From positions 1 to 64,000 of the forward strand of contig CAWHXD010000019.1 in NCBI GenBank assembly GCA_963833225.1: 64,000 nt of DNA, read 5' to 3'. The stretch's first letter is position 1. Each line of letters opens with the position of its first letter. Source of the DNA: an uncultured Chloroflexia bacterium. Its GTDB lineage: Bacteria; Chloroflexota; Limnocylindria; Limnocylindrales; CSP1-4. This document shows, one piece after another, positions 51,545 through 61,206 of this stretch. The notes under the pieces were generated by a model, which saw only the letters and a program-made list of their open reading frames with translations, ran no database searches and was not told the DNA's origin. Both the position numbers and the translations under genes were made by a program.

Positions 51545-52513
51545 ATGCGAACCCTGCGCGCGGCGCCCTGGCAGCTCTGGTTCCTGGCCCTCGGGGCCAT
51601 CTGGGGCTGCTCGTTCCTGTTCATCAAGCTCGGGCTGCAGTCCTTCACGCCGGTGCAGGTCGCCTTCGGGCGGCTGGTGATCGGCGCGGCCGTGCTGCAG
51701 GTGGTGGCCCGAGCGACCGGGACTCGCTTCCCCCGGGGCTGGCGGACGTGGCGCCACCTCGCCGTCGTGGGCCTGCTGTTCTGCAGCATCCCGTTCACGT
51801 TGTTCGCCTACGGCGAGACCCAGATCTCCTCGATCCTGGCCGGGATCATCAACGCCACGACCCCGTTGATGGCCCTGCTCGTCGCGCTCGCCGGCTTCCC
51901 GGAGCAGCGCCCGGGGCGAGACCGGATCGTGGGGCTGGGCGTGGGGTTTGCGGGCGTGCTCGTGGTCCTCGGAGCGTGGAACGGGCTGGGCGGCGGCGAG
52001 CTGCTGGGAGTGCTCGCCTGCGCGGGTGCGACCCTCTGCTACGGCATCGCCTACCTGTACACGCGGCGGCACCTCGCGGCGCTGCCGGAGGGCCCGATCG
52101 CGATCGCCACCTCGCAGGTCAGCCTCGGCGCGCTGTTCCTGCTCCCGGTCGTGAGCGTCGTCACCGTCGTGGGCGGCGGCGGGGTCACCACGCCGCTGGG
52201 TCTCGACACGGTGCTCGGGATGCTTGCGCTGGGCGCGTTCGGGTCTGGGTTCGCCTACGTGCTGTCCAACCACATCGTGATCGAGGCCGGGGCGACCATC
52301 GCCAGCTCGGTCACCTACATCACGCCCCTGTTCGCGGTCACGGCTGGCGCCTTCTTCCTTGCGGAGCCGCTCGCCTGGTACCAGCCCGTGGGCGGCGCGA
52401 TCGTGCTCCTCGGGGTGGCGATCGCCCAGGGGAGGATCCGGGTGCCGGGCACCCGTCCACCGACAGATCGGGTACCGGTCCAGGCCAGCTCGGTTCCCGA
52501 CGAGGTGCTCTGA
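51545..52513 (+). CDS. DMT/EamA-family transporter
   Basis: IWGCSFLFIK, AGIINATTP, GATIASSVTYITP; about 10 TM. Confidence 0.92.
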   Translation: MRTLRAAPWQLWFLALGAIWGCSFLFIKLGLQSFTPVQVAFGRLVIGAAVLQVVARATGTRFPRGWRTWRHLAVVGLLFCSIPFTLFAYGETQISSILAGIINATTPLMALLVALAGFPEQRPGRDRIVGLGVGFAGVLVVLGAWNGLGGGELLGVLACAGATLCYGIAYLYTRRHLAALPEGPIAIATSQVSLGALFLLPVVSVVTVVGGGGVTTPLGLDTVLGMLALGAFGSGFAYVLSNHIVIEAGATIASSVTYITPLFAVTAGAFFLAEPLAWYQPVGGAIVLLGVAIAQGRIRVPGTRPPTDRVPVQASSVPDEVL

Positions 52514-52611
52514 GGTTCACTGAGCCGGCGATGCGGCCGGGCCTGCGGCCGTGGCACGATGGCGCAGCAGCCCCACGACCGGCCTCGGCCGGCGGCTGGC
52601 GAGGAGGTACC

Positions 52612-53289
52612 GTGCCCGCTCCCGACGCACCGTTCGAGGGCTTCCGCCCGGAGGCCATCGCGTTCCTGGCCGACCTTGCGGCGAACAACGACCGGGCCTG
52701 GTTCACGCCGCGCAAGGCCGAGTACGAGGCGCTCCTCAAGCGCCCGATGGAGGCACTGTGCGTCGCCCTCGCGGAGCGGTTTGCCGCCCGGGACCTGCCG
52801 CTCACGTCCGACCCGGTCCGGTCGCCGTTCCGCATCTACCGCGACGTCCGGTTCAGCAAGGACAAGTCGCCGTACAAGACGGCGGCCAGCGCCAGGTTCA
52901 TGGCCGTCGGCGGCGGCCCCGGAGCGTACGTTCACCTGGAGCCTGGCGAGATCCACGCGGGTGGCGGGCTGTGGCGGCCGGATCCTCCCGTCCTGGCCGC
53001 TTGGCGCCGGCTCGTGGACACGGAGCCGGGGACCGTCCGCGCGGCGATCACCGACCCCGCGTTCGTGGCGGTGTTCGGGTCGCTCTCCGGCGACCGGCTG
53101 ACGCGGGTGCCGGCGGGCTACCCGAAGGACCACCCCGCGGCCGACCTGCTGGTGCTCAAGGACCAGGTCTTCAGCACCCGGCTTTCCGACGCGGACGTGC
53201 TGTCACCGACCCTGCCCGACACGCTGGCGGATCTGTATGCCGCGGCCCGGCCGGTCTGGGCGCTGCTCGCGCGGGTGGCCGCCGGCTGA
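52612..53289 (+). CDS. DUF2461 family protein
   Basis: NNDRAWF, FRIYRDVRFSKDKSPYK, P.GYPKDHP; GAGGAGG site. Confidence 0.88.
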   Translation: MPAPDAPFEGFRPEAIAFLADLAANNDRAWFTPRKAEYEALLKRPMEALCVALAERFAARDLPLTSDPVRSPFRIYRDVRFSKDKSPYKTAASARFMAVGGGPGAYVHLEPGEIHAGGGLWRPDPPVLAAWRRLVDTEPGTVRAAITDPAFVAVFGSLSGDRLTRVPAGYPKDHPAADLLVLKDQVFSTRLSDADVLSPTLPDTLADLYAAARPVWALLARVAAG

Positions 53290-53318
53290 GCCTTCGGTCG
53301 TGGCGGCAGCGAGCCCCT

Positions 53319-53408
53319 GGCGGCTCACTCCGGCGGCGTACCCGGCGGCTCACTCCGGCGGCTCACTCCGGCGGCTCACTCCGGCGGCTCACTCCGGCGG
53401 CTCACTCC
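53319..53408. repeat. 13-bp tandem repeat
   Basis: GGCGGCTCACTCC x6 plus one 12-bp variant GGCGGCGTACCC. Confidence 0.95.
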
Positions 53409-53609
53409 CCGTCCGGCTCTTCATCCCGGGCCCCGCCGTGACTCCCCGTCAAGGTATCCGGGTCGACGGAGCCCTCGGGCAGCAACAGGCTCCCCCACAC
53501 GCTCCATTCGTGACCCGCGGTCACGTTCCGGGCGGCACCGGCGCCCCGTGGAGCGGATCTCGGTCCTTCGAGCGGAAAACCTTGACGCTGCGTCTGGTTC
53601 GGCGCGTCG

Positions 53610-53679
53610 AGCGTGCGACTGCCGGTCCGCCCGGGTTGCCAAGGAGCGTGCGACTGCCGGTCCGCCCGGGTCGCCAAGG
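53610..53679. repeat. 35-bp tandem duplication
   Basis: AGCGTGCGACTGCCGGTCCGCCCGGGTYGCCAAGG x2, followed by a partial third copy. Confidence 0.9.
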
Positions 53680-53732
53680 CGCGGGAACCCGCCACCCGGG
53701 TCGCCAGAGCGATCGTCGGGTCGGAACCCGCG

Positions 53733-54572
53733 TCAGGATCGCGCGATGGCCAGCCGCTTGAACTCCTGCACCTGGCCCCGGATCGCGCGCTCGGTGGGGA
53801 GCCGCTCGATGCTCGACGCCCCGAAGAAGCCGTCGACCCCGGGCATCCGGCGGAGTGCCTCGCCAACCTGTTCGGGTTCGTCGAACGGGCCGCCGTGGCA
53901 CAGGACCAGCAGGTCCGGCCGCACCCGCCGGCCGGCCTCCGCGATCGCCAGCACGCGCTCGATCGCCTCGTCCAGCGTGAACGCCACCCCCGCGCCGATG
54001 GTGCCCGCGGTCGTGAGGCCCACATGGGCCACCAGCTGATCCGCTCCGGCCGTCGCCATCGCTGTGGCCTGGTCGGGATCGAACACGTACGGAGAGGTGA
54101 ACATGCCCAGCTCATGGGCGGTTGCGATCGCCTGCACCTCCAGGTCGTAGCTCATCCCGGTCGCCTCGAGGTTGCGCCGGAAGTCGCCGTCGATGAGGCC
54201 CACGGTGGGGAAGTTCTGGACGCCGTCGAACCCCAGCTCCATGAGCTGGCGCAGGAAGACGCGCATGATCCGGAACGGGTCCGTCCCGTTGACCCCGGCC
54301 AGGACCGGCGTGTCGCGGACGACCGGGAGCACCTCGGCGGCCATCTCGGCGACGATGGCGTTCGCATCGCCGTAGGCCAGCATCCCGGCGAGCGATCCGC
54401 GGCCGGCCATCCGGTAGCGGCCCGAGTTGTAGATGATCACCAGGTCGGCTCCGCCGGCCTCGGCCATCTTGGCCGAGAGCCCGGTACCGGCGCCACAGCC
54501 GACGATGGGTACGCCGGCGTCGGTCTGGGCGCGCAGGCGGCGGACGATCTCCTCGCGGGCGATGAACGGCAT
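53733..54572 (-). CDS. TIM-barrel signal transduction / PEP hydrolase-like protein (Tm-1 C-terminal-like)
   Basis: [53 protein letters not shown]. Confidence 0.88.
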   Translation of the reverse strand: MPFIAREEIVRRLRAQTDAGVPIVGCGAGTGLSAKMAEAGGADLVIIYNSGRYRMAGRGSLAGMLAYGDANAIVAEMAAEVLPVVRDTPVLAGVNGTDPFRIMRVFLRQLMELGFDGVQNFPTVGLIDGDFRRNLEATGMSYDLEVQAIATAHELGMFTSPYVFDPDQATAMATAGADQLVAHVGLTTAGTIGAGVAFTLDEAIERVLAIAEAGRRVRPDLLVLCHGGPFDEPEQVGEALRRMPGVDGFFGASSIERLPTERAIRGQVQEFKRLAIARS

Positions 54573-54573
54573 G

Positions 54574-55800
54574 TCAGGGCTCCTGGCGGTGTTCGGCCAG
54601 CATCGCGATCAGGCGATCGGCCATGGCGTCGGCAAACGCCGGGTCGTTGACGTGGAGGTCGAGCTCTACGAGCTTGACGACGGCAGGATCGATGGTGGCC
54701 CGCAGCGCGTCGAACAGGGCGGCGTCGGCGTCCGGTGACCAGAACGGCATCCCGTCCGCATCGATCATCGACACGCCGCGCAGGGGCAGATAGAGCGCCA
54801 CCGGACCCGTTGCCGCGTTGAGCCTGCGGCCGATGACCCTCCCCAGCTCGGCGCATTCGGCGGGCGTCGTGCGCATCAGCGTGACCTGCGGGTTGTGCTT
54901 GTAGACGAGGCGGTCTCGGAAGCGCTCCGGCAGCGTGTCGAGGGCGGCGAAGTTGCACATGTCCAGGGCGCCAACGGAGACGACCTGCGGGATACCTGCC
55001 CGCGCGGCGGCGCCCAGGCGATCGGGTCCGGCGGAGAGCACGCCGCCGATCAGCTCGTCGGCGAGCTCGGTGGTGGTGATGTCGGCGACGCCGGCCACGA
55101 ACCCGCCGGCGATCAGCGCCTCCATCGCCCGCCCGCCGCTGCCGGTCGCATGGAACACGAGCACCTCGTAGCCCGCCGACTCGAGACGTTCGCGGACGCG
55201 GCCGACGCACGGCGTAGTGACGCCGAACATGGTGGCGGTGATGAGCGGGTGATCCCCGGCCGGCGGGATGTCCTGCTCGGCCATGCCACAGACCGCGCCC
55301 GCGGCGTTGGCGAGGATCCGGCGCGACACGCGGTTGAGCCCGGCGATGTCGGTCACCGAGTACATCATCGTGATGTCCGTGATGTCGACATAGGGTGAGA
55401 CGTCGCCCGAGGCCATCGTGCTGACCATGACCCTGGGCAGGCCGACCGGCATCGCCCGCATTGCGCTCGTGCCGATCGCCGTCCCGCCGGACCCGCCGAT
55501 GGCGATGATGCCGTCCACGCGTCCCTCGGCGAGGAGCTCGCCGGCGACCACGGCAACGCCGCGGCACATCACGTCGAGCGCCGCCGAGCGGTCGTTCGTC
55601 GCTCGAATCGCGGCGAGGTCACCGCCACCCGCCGCCGCCACCCGGGCCGCCCCGATGTCCGGCGCCCACGGCGGCACACCGGTGCCGGCGTCGAGCACGA
55701 CCGGCACGTGTCCCCGCGCCGCGATGAGGTCGCGGATGTATCCGAGCTCGACACCCTTGGTGTCCAGCGTGCCGATGACCAGGATGGTGCGTGCCGCCAT
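54574..55800 (-). CDS. Tm-1-like ATP-binding domain protein (UPF0261)
   Basis: [48 protein letters not shown]. Confidence 0.9.
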   Translation of the reverse strand: MAARTILVIGTLDTKGVELGYIRDLIAARGHVPVVLDAGTGVPPWAPDIGAARVAAAGGGDLAAIRATNDRSAALDVMCRGVAVVAGELLAEGRVDGIIAIGGSGGTAIGTSAMRAMPVGLPRVMVSTMASGDVSPYVDITDITMMYSVTDIAGLNRVSRRILANAAGAVCGMAEQDIPPAGDHPLITATMFGVTTPCVGRVRERLESAGYEVLVFHATGSGGRAMEALIAGGFVAGVADITTTELADELIGGVLSAGPDRLGAAARAGIPQVVSVGALDMCNFAALDTLPERFRDRLVYKHNPQVTLMRTTPAECAELGRVIGRRLNAATGPVALYLPLRGVSMIDADGMPFWSPDADAALFDALRATIDPAVVKLVELDLHVNDPAFADAMADRLIAMLAEHRQEP

Positions 55801-55910
55801 CAATGCCTCCCGGGGACGCGGTGCGTCCATTGTGCCCCGGGGCGCTCGACAGGACTGGCCCCGGGCGTGATGCTGGAAGCGCGCCAGCACCAACCATCCG
55901 AGGAGGCCCA

Positions 55911-57359
55911 TTGCGTCCCGCTTCCAGCCAGCCATCCATGCCGCCCGGGGCCGCAGCCGACCCTGCCGGCCTCCTCGCCCGGACCGCGGCGCTCGCGGCC
56001 TCGTTCCTCGACACCGTTGGGGAGCGGCCGGTCCGCGCCAGCGCCACGCGCGCCGACCTCCTGGCAACGCTTGGGGGACCGTTCCCGGCTGCGGGCGAGG
56101 AACCGCTGGCCGTGGTGGAGCGCCTCGCGCGCGATGCCGAGCCCGGCGTCATCGGGATCGCGGGGCCGCGCTACTTCGGGTTCGTGATCGGCGGGTCGCT
56201 GCCGGCGGCGCTCGCCGCGGACTGGCTGACCAGCACCTGGGACCAGAACGCCGGGATCTACGCCGCGGGACCGTCGGCATCGGTCGTCGAGGAGGTGGTG
56301 GGCGCCTGGCTGCTGGACTTGTTCGGCCTGCCGGCCGACGCGTCATTCGGTCTCACGACGGGCTGCCAGATGGCGCACGTCACCTGCCTCGCCGCCGCCC
56401 GCCACCGGGTCCTCGCCCGGCGTGGCTGGGATGTCGAGGCGGACGGGCTGGCGGGCTCGCCGGCGATCGACGTGCTCGTGGGTGCCGAGGTCCACGCCAC
56501 CATCCCGACAGCGCTCCAGTACCTGGGGCTGGGGCGCGACCGGGCGACGACCGTGACGACCGACGACCAGGGACGGATGCGGCTCGACGCCCTGGAGGCG
56601 ACACTCCCAGGGGGCGACCGGCCGCTGATCGTGTGCCTGCAGGCCGGCAACGTGAATACCGGCTCCTTCGACCCCATCAGCCCCGCGATCGAGCTCGTGC
56701 GGTCCCGACGCCCCGACGCCTGGATCCACGTTGACGGCGCGTTCGGGCTGTGGGCGGCCGCCGCGCCGGGCCTCCGCCACCTCGTGGAGGGTGTGGAGGC
56801 GGCCGACTCCTGGGCCACCGACGGCCACAAGTGGCTCAACGTCCCGTACGACTGCGGCTTCGCTTTCGTCCGCGACGCCGAGGCCCACGCGGCCGCGCTC
56901 TCACCACAGAGCGGTGCCTACATCATGTACGGCGACGCGGAGCGCGACGAGTTCCGCTGGGTGCCCGAGTACTCGCGACGCGCTCGCGGCTTCGCCTCCT
57001 GGGCCGCGCTCCGCTCGCTGGGGCGAGACGGGGTCGCCTCGCTGGTCGCGGGCCACCAGTCGCTCGCGGCGCGGATGGCGGACGGGCTCCGCGCGGCTGC
57101 CGATGACGCGGGCGTGGAGGTGCTCAACGATATCGTGCTCAACCAGGTGCTGGTGCGGTTCGCCGAGCGCGACGGGCTGACCGCGGACGACCGGACGCGC
57201 GAGGTGATCCGCCGGGTCCAGGAGGACGGCACCTGCTGGCTGTCGGGGACCACCTGGCATGGGATGGCGGCGATGCGGGTCTCGATCAGCAACTGGTCCA
57301 CGACGGCGAGCGACATCGACCGCTCGCTCGAGGCGATCCTGCGGGCGGCGCGAGGCTAA
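55911..57359 (+). CDS. Group II PLP-dependent amino-acid decarboxylase
   Basis: PRYFGFVIGG, WDQN, HVDGAFG, TDGHKWLNVPYDCG, SRRARG; GAGGAGG before TTG (alternative ATG at 55938). Confidence 0.9.
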   Translation: MRPASSQPSMPPGAAADPAGLLARTAALAASFLDTVGERPVRASATRADLLATLGGPFPAAGEEPLAVVERLARDAEPGVIGIAGPRYFGFVIGGSLPAALAADWLTSTWDQNAGIYAAGPSASVVEEVVGAWLLDLFGLPADASFGLTTGCQMAHVTCLAAARHRVLARRGWDVEADGLAGSPAIDVLVGAEVHATIPTALQYLGLGRDRATTVTTDDQGRMRLDALEATLPGGDRPLIVCLQAGNVNTGSFDPISPAIELVRSRRPDAWIHVDGAFGLWAAAAPGLRHLVEGVEAADSWATDGHKWLNVPYDCGFAFVRDAEAHAAALSPQSGAYIMYGDAERDEFRWVPEYSRRARGFASWAALRSLGRDGVASLVAGHQSLAARMADGLRAAADDAGVEVLNDIVLNQVLVRFAERDGLTADDRTREVIRRVQEDGTCWLSGTTWHGMAAMRVSISNWSTTASDIDRSLEAILRAARG

Positions 57360-57401
57360 GAGGCCGTCGCCGGCACGGCCGCGGCAGGGCGTCGCCGCCG
57401 C

Positions 57402-58079
57402 TCAGCTGTCGAGGATCTCCCAGCCGCGGGAGAGTGCCTCCCGGCGCAGGGCTGCGTCGGGAGCGACGGCCACGGCGCGCGTCGCCAGACGCAGGAGCGG
57501 GATGTCCGCGGCGGTGTCGCCGAACGCGACGAGCACCTCGCCGCCGTCGGCCTCGAGGGCAACCGCCGCCGCCTTCGCCTCGCCGGCCTGGGTTGGCCGG
57601 AGGAGCGCCCCGGTTGCCGCGCCGTCGCGGACCTCGAGCGGCGTGCCGAGGGCCACGTCCGCGCCGATCCGCCGCGCGAACGCGTCGGCGATCGGCTGGA
57701 AGGCCCCGCTCGCCAGGATCAGCCTGGCACCGGGGTCCGCCGCCCGCGCCGCGGTCGCGGCCGTGAGCACGGCATCGACGGCCGCCTGCCGTCGCCCGGG
57801 CCACAGGTGCGTGTCCACGACCCACTCGCCGAGCTCGTCCAGCCGCCCGGCGGGAACCCCGCGCAGCAGTCCCGCCTGGTCCCTGAGCCAGCGGGCGCGG
57901 AACGCCTCAGGGTCGAGCAGGCCCGCCTTCGCCAGCACCACCTGTGGCAGGCGGACGCGGACGAAGCGTCGGGCGGCCGCGGACGGCCAGTTGGCGAGGG
58001 TCCACGCGTGCACGCCGCGCCACGTGTCGACGGTGGCAAGCGTGCCGTCCATGTCACTGACGACGATGGGGCGACTCAT
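57402..58079 (-). CDS. HAD-superfamily IB hydrolase (SerB-like)
   Basis: DMDGTL, LASG, GEAK, FGDTAAD motifs. Confidence 0.88.
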   Translation of the reverse strand: MSRPIVVSDMDGTLATVDTWRGVHAWTLANWPSAAARRFVRVRLPQVVLAKAGLLDPEAFRARWLRDQAGLLRGVPAGRLDELGEWVVDTHLWPGRRQAAVDAVLTAATAARAADPGARLILASGAFQPIADAFARRIGADVALGTPLEVRDGAATGALLRPTQAGEAKAAAVALEADGGEVLVAFGDTAADIPLLRLATRAVAVAPDAALRREALSRGWEILDS

Positions 58080-58080
58080 G

Positions 58081-58935
58081 TCAGCCGGCCAGGTTCCGGA
58101 CGTCCAGCGCCCGGCCCCAGTGCAGGACGCGGACGGCGACCAGCACCCCGAACGCGGCGAGGACGAGGATCGAGGCCGCGGCGATGGAGGTGTCGAGGTC
58201 GCCCGCCTGGAACTCCCCGTAGACGAGCAGCGGCAGGGTCTGCGTCCGGCCCTCGACATTGCCCGCGAACATGATCGTCGCCCCGAACTCGCCGAGCGCC
58301 CGCGCCCAGCTCATCACGAGGCCTGCCGCCAGCGCCGCCCCCGCCAGCGGGACCGTGATCGAGGTGAACAGCTGGCGCTCGGTGGCCCCGTCCACGCGCG
58401 CGGCGTCCTCCAGGTCGTGGTCCACGGTCGTGAACCCCGCACGGGCAGAGCGGATGTAGAACGGGGCCGCCACGAAGGTCTGGGCGATGACCACGGCGAC
58501 GGTGGTGAACGGCAGCGTGATCCCGAGCAGGTCCAGCGGCTCTCCGAGGAGGCCCCGTCGGCCGAAGGCGAGCAACAGGGCGAGACCGGCGACGGACGGC
58601 GGCAGGATGATCGGCAGGTCGATCACCGTCTCCAGCAGGACCTGCCCGCGGAACCGGCGCCGCGCGAGGAGCAGCGCGATCGGCGTGCCGAACGCCACCA
58701 TCAGCACGAGGCTGATCGTGGTCGTCACCAGCGACAGCACGAGGGCATCCGCGACGCGCCCCTGGCCGAGCGTCGTGATCAGCGATCCATCGAGGACGGC
58801 CCGGCCAACCAGCACCGCGACCGGCAGGCCGAGCAGGAGGCTCGCCAGCAGCCCCAACGCCACCGCTGGGCGACCGAGATCGGCCCGCTCCCGGTTGAGC
58901 CGCCGGGGAGCCGCCTGGGTGGATGTCGTCACCAC
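58081..58935 (-). CDS. modB: Molybdate ABC transporter permease
   Basis: DLPIILPPSVAGLALL.AFGRRG, EDAARVDGA, ARALGEFGATIMFAGN..G.TQTLPL. Confidence 0.9.
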   Translation of the reverse strand: MVTTSTQAAPRRLNRERADLGRPAVALGLLASLLLGLPVAVLVGRAVLDGSLITTLGQGRVADALVLSLVTTTISLVLMVAFGTPIALLLARRRFRGQVLLETVIDLPIILPPSVAGLALLLAFGRRGLLGEPLDLLGITLPFTTVAVVIAQTFVAAPFYIRSARAGFTTVDHDLEDAARVDGATERQLFTSITVPLAGAALAAGLVMSWARALGEFGATIMFAGNVEGRTQTLPLLVYGEFQAGDLDTSIAAASILVLAAFGVLVAVRVLHWGRALDVRNLAG

Positions 58936-58948
58936 GATGCCCGGCCGC

Positions 58949-59848
58949 TCAGCTGACCGGCAGGAAGCCGAACGAGGACAGGATCGCCTGCCCGTCCGGC
59001 CCCGCCACCCAGGCAAGGAACGACGCCGCCGCTTCCGGCGCTCCCGATGTGCCGACCACCACGCCGCCATAGGTCGCGGCCACGTTCGCCTCGGCCGGGA
59101 TCTCGATCGTCTCGACGGCGTCCGATGCCCGCGCGTCCGTGACGTAAACGATGCCGGCGTCGCCTTCGCCGAGGGCCACCTTCGCGACGATGGCGCCCAC
59201 GTTGTCCTCCGCGCTCACCACGTTCGCCCGGAAGGCGTCCGGGAACCCGGCCGGATAGCCGACGGCTGCCACCAGCTTGTCGAGCAGCTGGGCGGTGTAG
59301 CGCTCGACGGGCACGCCCTCCGCGCAGGCGATGACCCGGACCCCGGGTCGGGACAGGTCCGCGGGGCTGTGGATGTCCGCCGGGTTGCCGGCCGGGACGA
59401 TGACCGTCAGGTGGTTGCCGGCGAAGGCCGTCACGCTGCCGGACGCAAAGCCCCGGTCAACGAGGGCCCGCGGGTTCGCCATGTCGGCCGCCAGGAACAC
59501 GTCGGCCGGGGCGCCCTGCTCGATCTTGGCCTCGAGCGCCGTGGACGAGTCGATGGATACCGAGAAGGTGACGCCGGGGTGTGCCGCCTGGTACGCCGCC
59601 GTGATGGCCGCGAGGACGGGCCGCAGCGACGCCGCCGCGTAGACCTGCAGGTCGACCTCGGTCGTCGCCGTGGATGCCGGGGACGTTGCGGATGCTGCCG
59701 GGCTGGGGGTGGCGGCGGGCGCCCCGGCTGACCCGGTGGCACCGGACCCGCACGCGGCCGCCATTAGCGCGGTCGCCGCGACGAGGGCAGCGGCCCGGCC
59801 GAGCCAGGCCCGCCGCACCGCCGGATGCCGCGCCCGATGGCGCGTCAC
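58949..59848 (-). CDS. modA: Molybdate ABC transporter substrate-binding lipoprotein
   Basis: Lipobox AAAC; VYAAASL, IEQGAPADVF, GEGDAGIVYVTDA, ILSSFGF. Confidence 0.9.
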   Translation of the reverse strand: MTRHRARHPAVRRAWLGRAAALVAATALMAAACGSGATGSAGAPAATPSPAASATSPASTATTEVDLQVYAAASLRPVLAAITAAYQAAHPGVTFSVSIDSSTALEAKIEQGAPADVFLAADMANPRALVDRGFASGSVTAFAGNHLTVIVPAGNPADIHSPADLSRPGVRVIACAEGVPVERYTAQLLDKLVAAVGYPAGFPDAFRANVVSAEDNVGAIVAKVALGEGDAGIVYVTDARASDAVETIEIPAEANVAATYGGVVVGTSGAPEAAASFLAWVAGPDGQAILSSFGFLPVS

Positions 59849-60282
59849 GCGCGTGCCTCGCGCCCCGACGGGATCTCGACGATGACGTTGGTCGACTTCA
59901 CCACGCACACGGCTTCCTGCCCGACCTCCAGACCCAGGTCGTCGATCGCCTCGGCGGTCATCAGGCTGACCAGCCGGTGGGGGCCGGCCATGACCTCGAC
60001 CACGGCGGCGACGCCGTCGCGCTCGATGCGGGTCACGATCCCCGGGAAGCGGTTGCGGGCCGACTGCGCGACGATCGGGCGGTCGGTACTGGCGCGGCGC
60101 CGCTCGGCCAGGAGACGCGTGACCTCCGCGATCTCGACCACCCGCTGTCCACCATCGGACCGCTCCATCCGGAGGCGGCCATCGGCCTCCCAGCGGCGCA
60201 GGGTCTCGACCGACACGCCGAGCATCTCGGCAGCCTGGCCGACGCGGATCCGGAGGACCATGGGCTCGCGATCGATGGACAT
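59845..60282 (-). CDS. HTH-TOBE molybdate-responsive regulator (start uncertain)
   Basis: AAEMLGVSVETLRRW HTH plus SARNRFPG...L.L..G TOBE motif. Confidence 0.88.
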   Translation of the reverse strand: MSIDREPMVLRIRVGQAAEMLGVSVETLRRWEADGRLRMERSDGGQRVVEIAEVTRLLAERRRASTDRPIVAQSARNRFPGIVTRIERDGVAAVVEVMAGPHRLVSLMTAEAIDDLGLEVGQEAVCVVKSTNVIVEIPSGREARA

Positions 60283-60387
60283 GGACATGGATGATGCCGC
60301 CATGCGGCGCGAATGTCTAGATATCTCGGACGCAGCAGGAGGTTGCGCGGGACGGGGTGCCGGAGGGCCGGTCTCGCGGTCAACGGT

Positions 60388-60427
60388 GAGACTTGACAAT
60401 ACGAGGCGTCGTGTCTAGTCTCGACTC
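60388..60427 (+). promoter_or_regulatory. Sigma70-type leaderless promoter overlapped by an inverted repeat
   Basis: TTGACA (60393-60398)-N17-TAGTCT (60416-60421)-N6-ATG; GAGACTTGACA/TGTCTAGTCTC inverted repeat with 1 mismatch. Confidence 0.75.
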
Positions 60428-61204
60428 ATGACCGCAGAGACGGACACCCGCCGGCAGGCGATCCAGGCTGCCGCTCGGCGCACCCTCGCCGCCGACCCGG
60501 CCGCACCGGTCGCCGCCATTGCCGCCGAGGCGGGCGTGTCCCGGGCGACGCTCTACCGGTACTTCCCGTCGCGCGCGTCCCTGTTGGACGCCGTCGACGT
60601 CGCGTTGGACCCGGGCGCGGGCGAGCGGATCCGGGCAGCCGCGGCGGCGCTCATCGCCCGCGACGGCCTTGCCCGGCTGTCCATGGACGAGGTCGCCGAG
60701 GCGGCGGGCGTGTCGCGTGCCAGCGTGTACCGGATCTACCCCGGCAAGCCCGCGCTGTTCGCCGCGATCCTGGCCGCGGAGTCACCGTTCGACGAGGTTG
60801 CGGCCACGCTCCACCGGATGCACGACCAGCCCCCGGTCGAGGTGCTGCCCACGCTGATCCGGATCCTGGACCGGGTCGCCTCCCCCCGGATCGGGATCCT
60901 CCGGACCCTGATGTTCGAGGTCACCACCGGGACCCCGGAGGCCATGGAGGCGGCGGGGCTCGCGCTGCAGCCGATGATCGGCGAGGTATCCGCGTACTTC
61001 GCCGGCCAGATGCGGGCGGGCACCGTCCGGCGCATGCACCCCATGCTCGCGGCGCAGGCGTTCGTCGGCCCGTTCATCTTCCACCTGCTCAGCCGATCCA
61101 TCGCGGCACCCCTCGGGGGGCTCACCGTCGAGTCCGCCGATGCCGCCGATGCGTTTGCCCGGGTCGCCCTTCGCGGCCTGGCGCCCGATCCCCCCGAGGA
61201 GTAG
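60428..61204 (+). CDS. TetR-family regulator with two tandem HTH domains
   Basis: IAAEAGVSRATLYRYFP and VAEAAGVSRASVYRIYP. Confidence 0.9.
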   Translation: MTAETDTRRQAIQAAARRTLAADPAAPVAAIAAEAGVSRATLYRYFPSRASLLDAVDVALDPGAGERIRAAAAALIARDGLARLSMDEVAEAAGVSRASVYRIYPGKPALFAAILAAESPFDEVAATLHRMHDQPPVEVLPTLIRILDRVASPRIGILRTLMFEVTTGTPEAMEAAGLALQPMIGEVSAYFAGQMRAGTVRRMHPMLAAQAFVGPFIFHLLSRSIAAPLGGLTVESADAADAFARVALRGLAPDPPEE

Positions 61205-61206
61205 CG

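Noticed and set aside
51748-52611. Long N-terminal extension of the DUF2461 protein
   Set aside because: Off-frame overlap with eamA; a GAGGAGG site supports the GTG at 52612.
53319-53408. CRISPR array
   Set aside because: Units are 13 bp, contiguous and spacer-free; no cas genes in the window.
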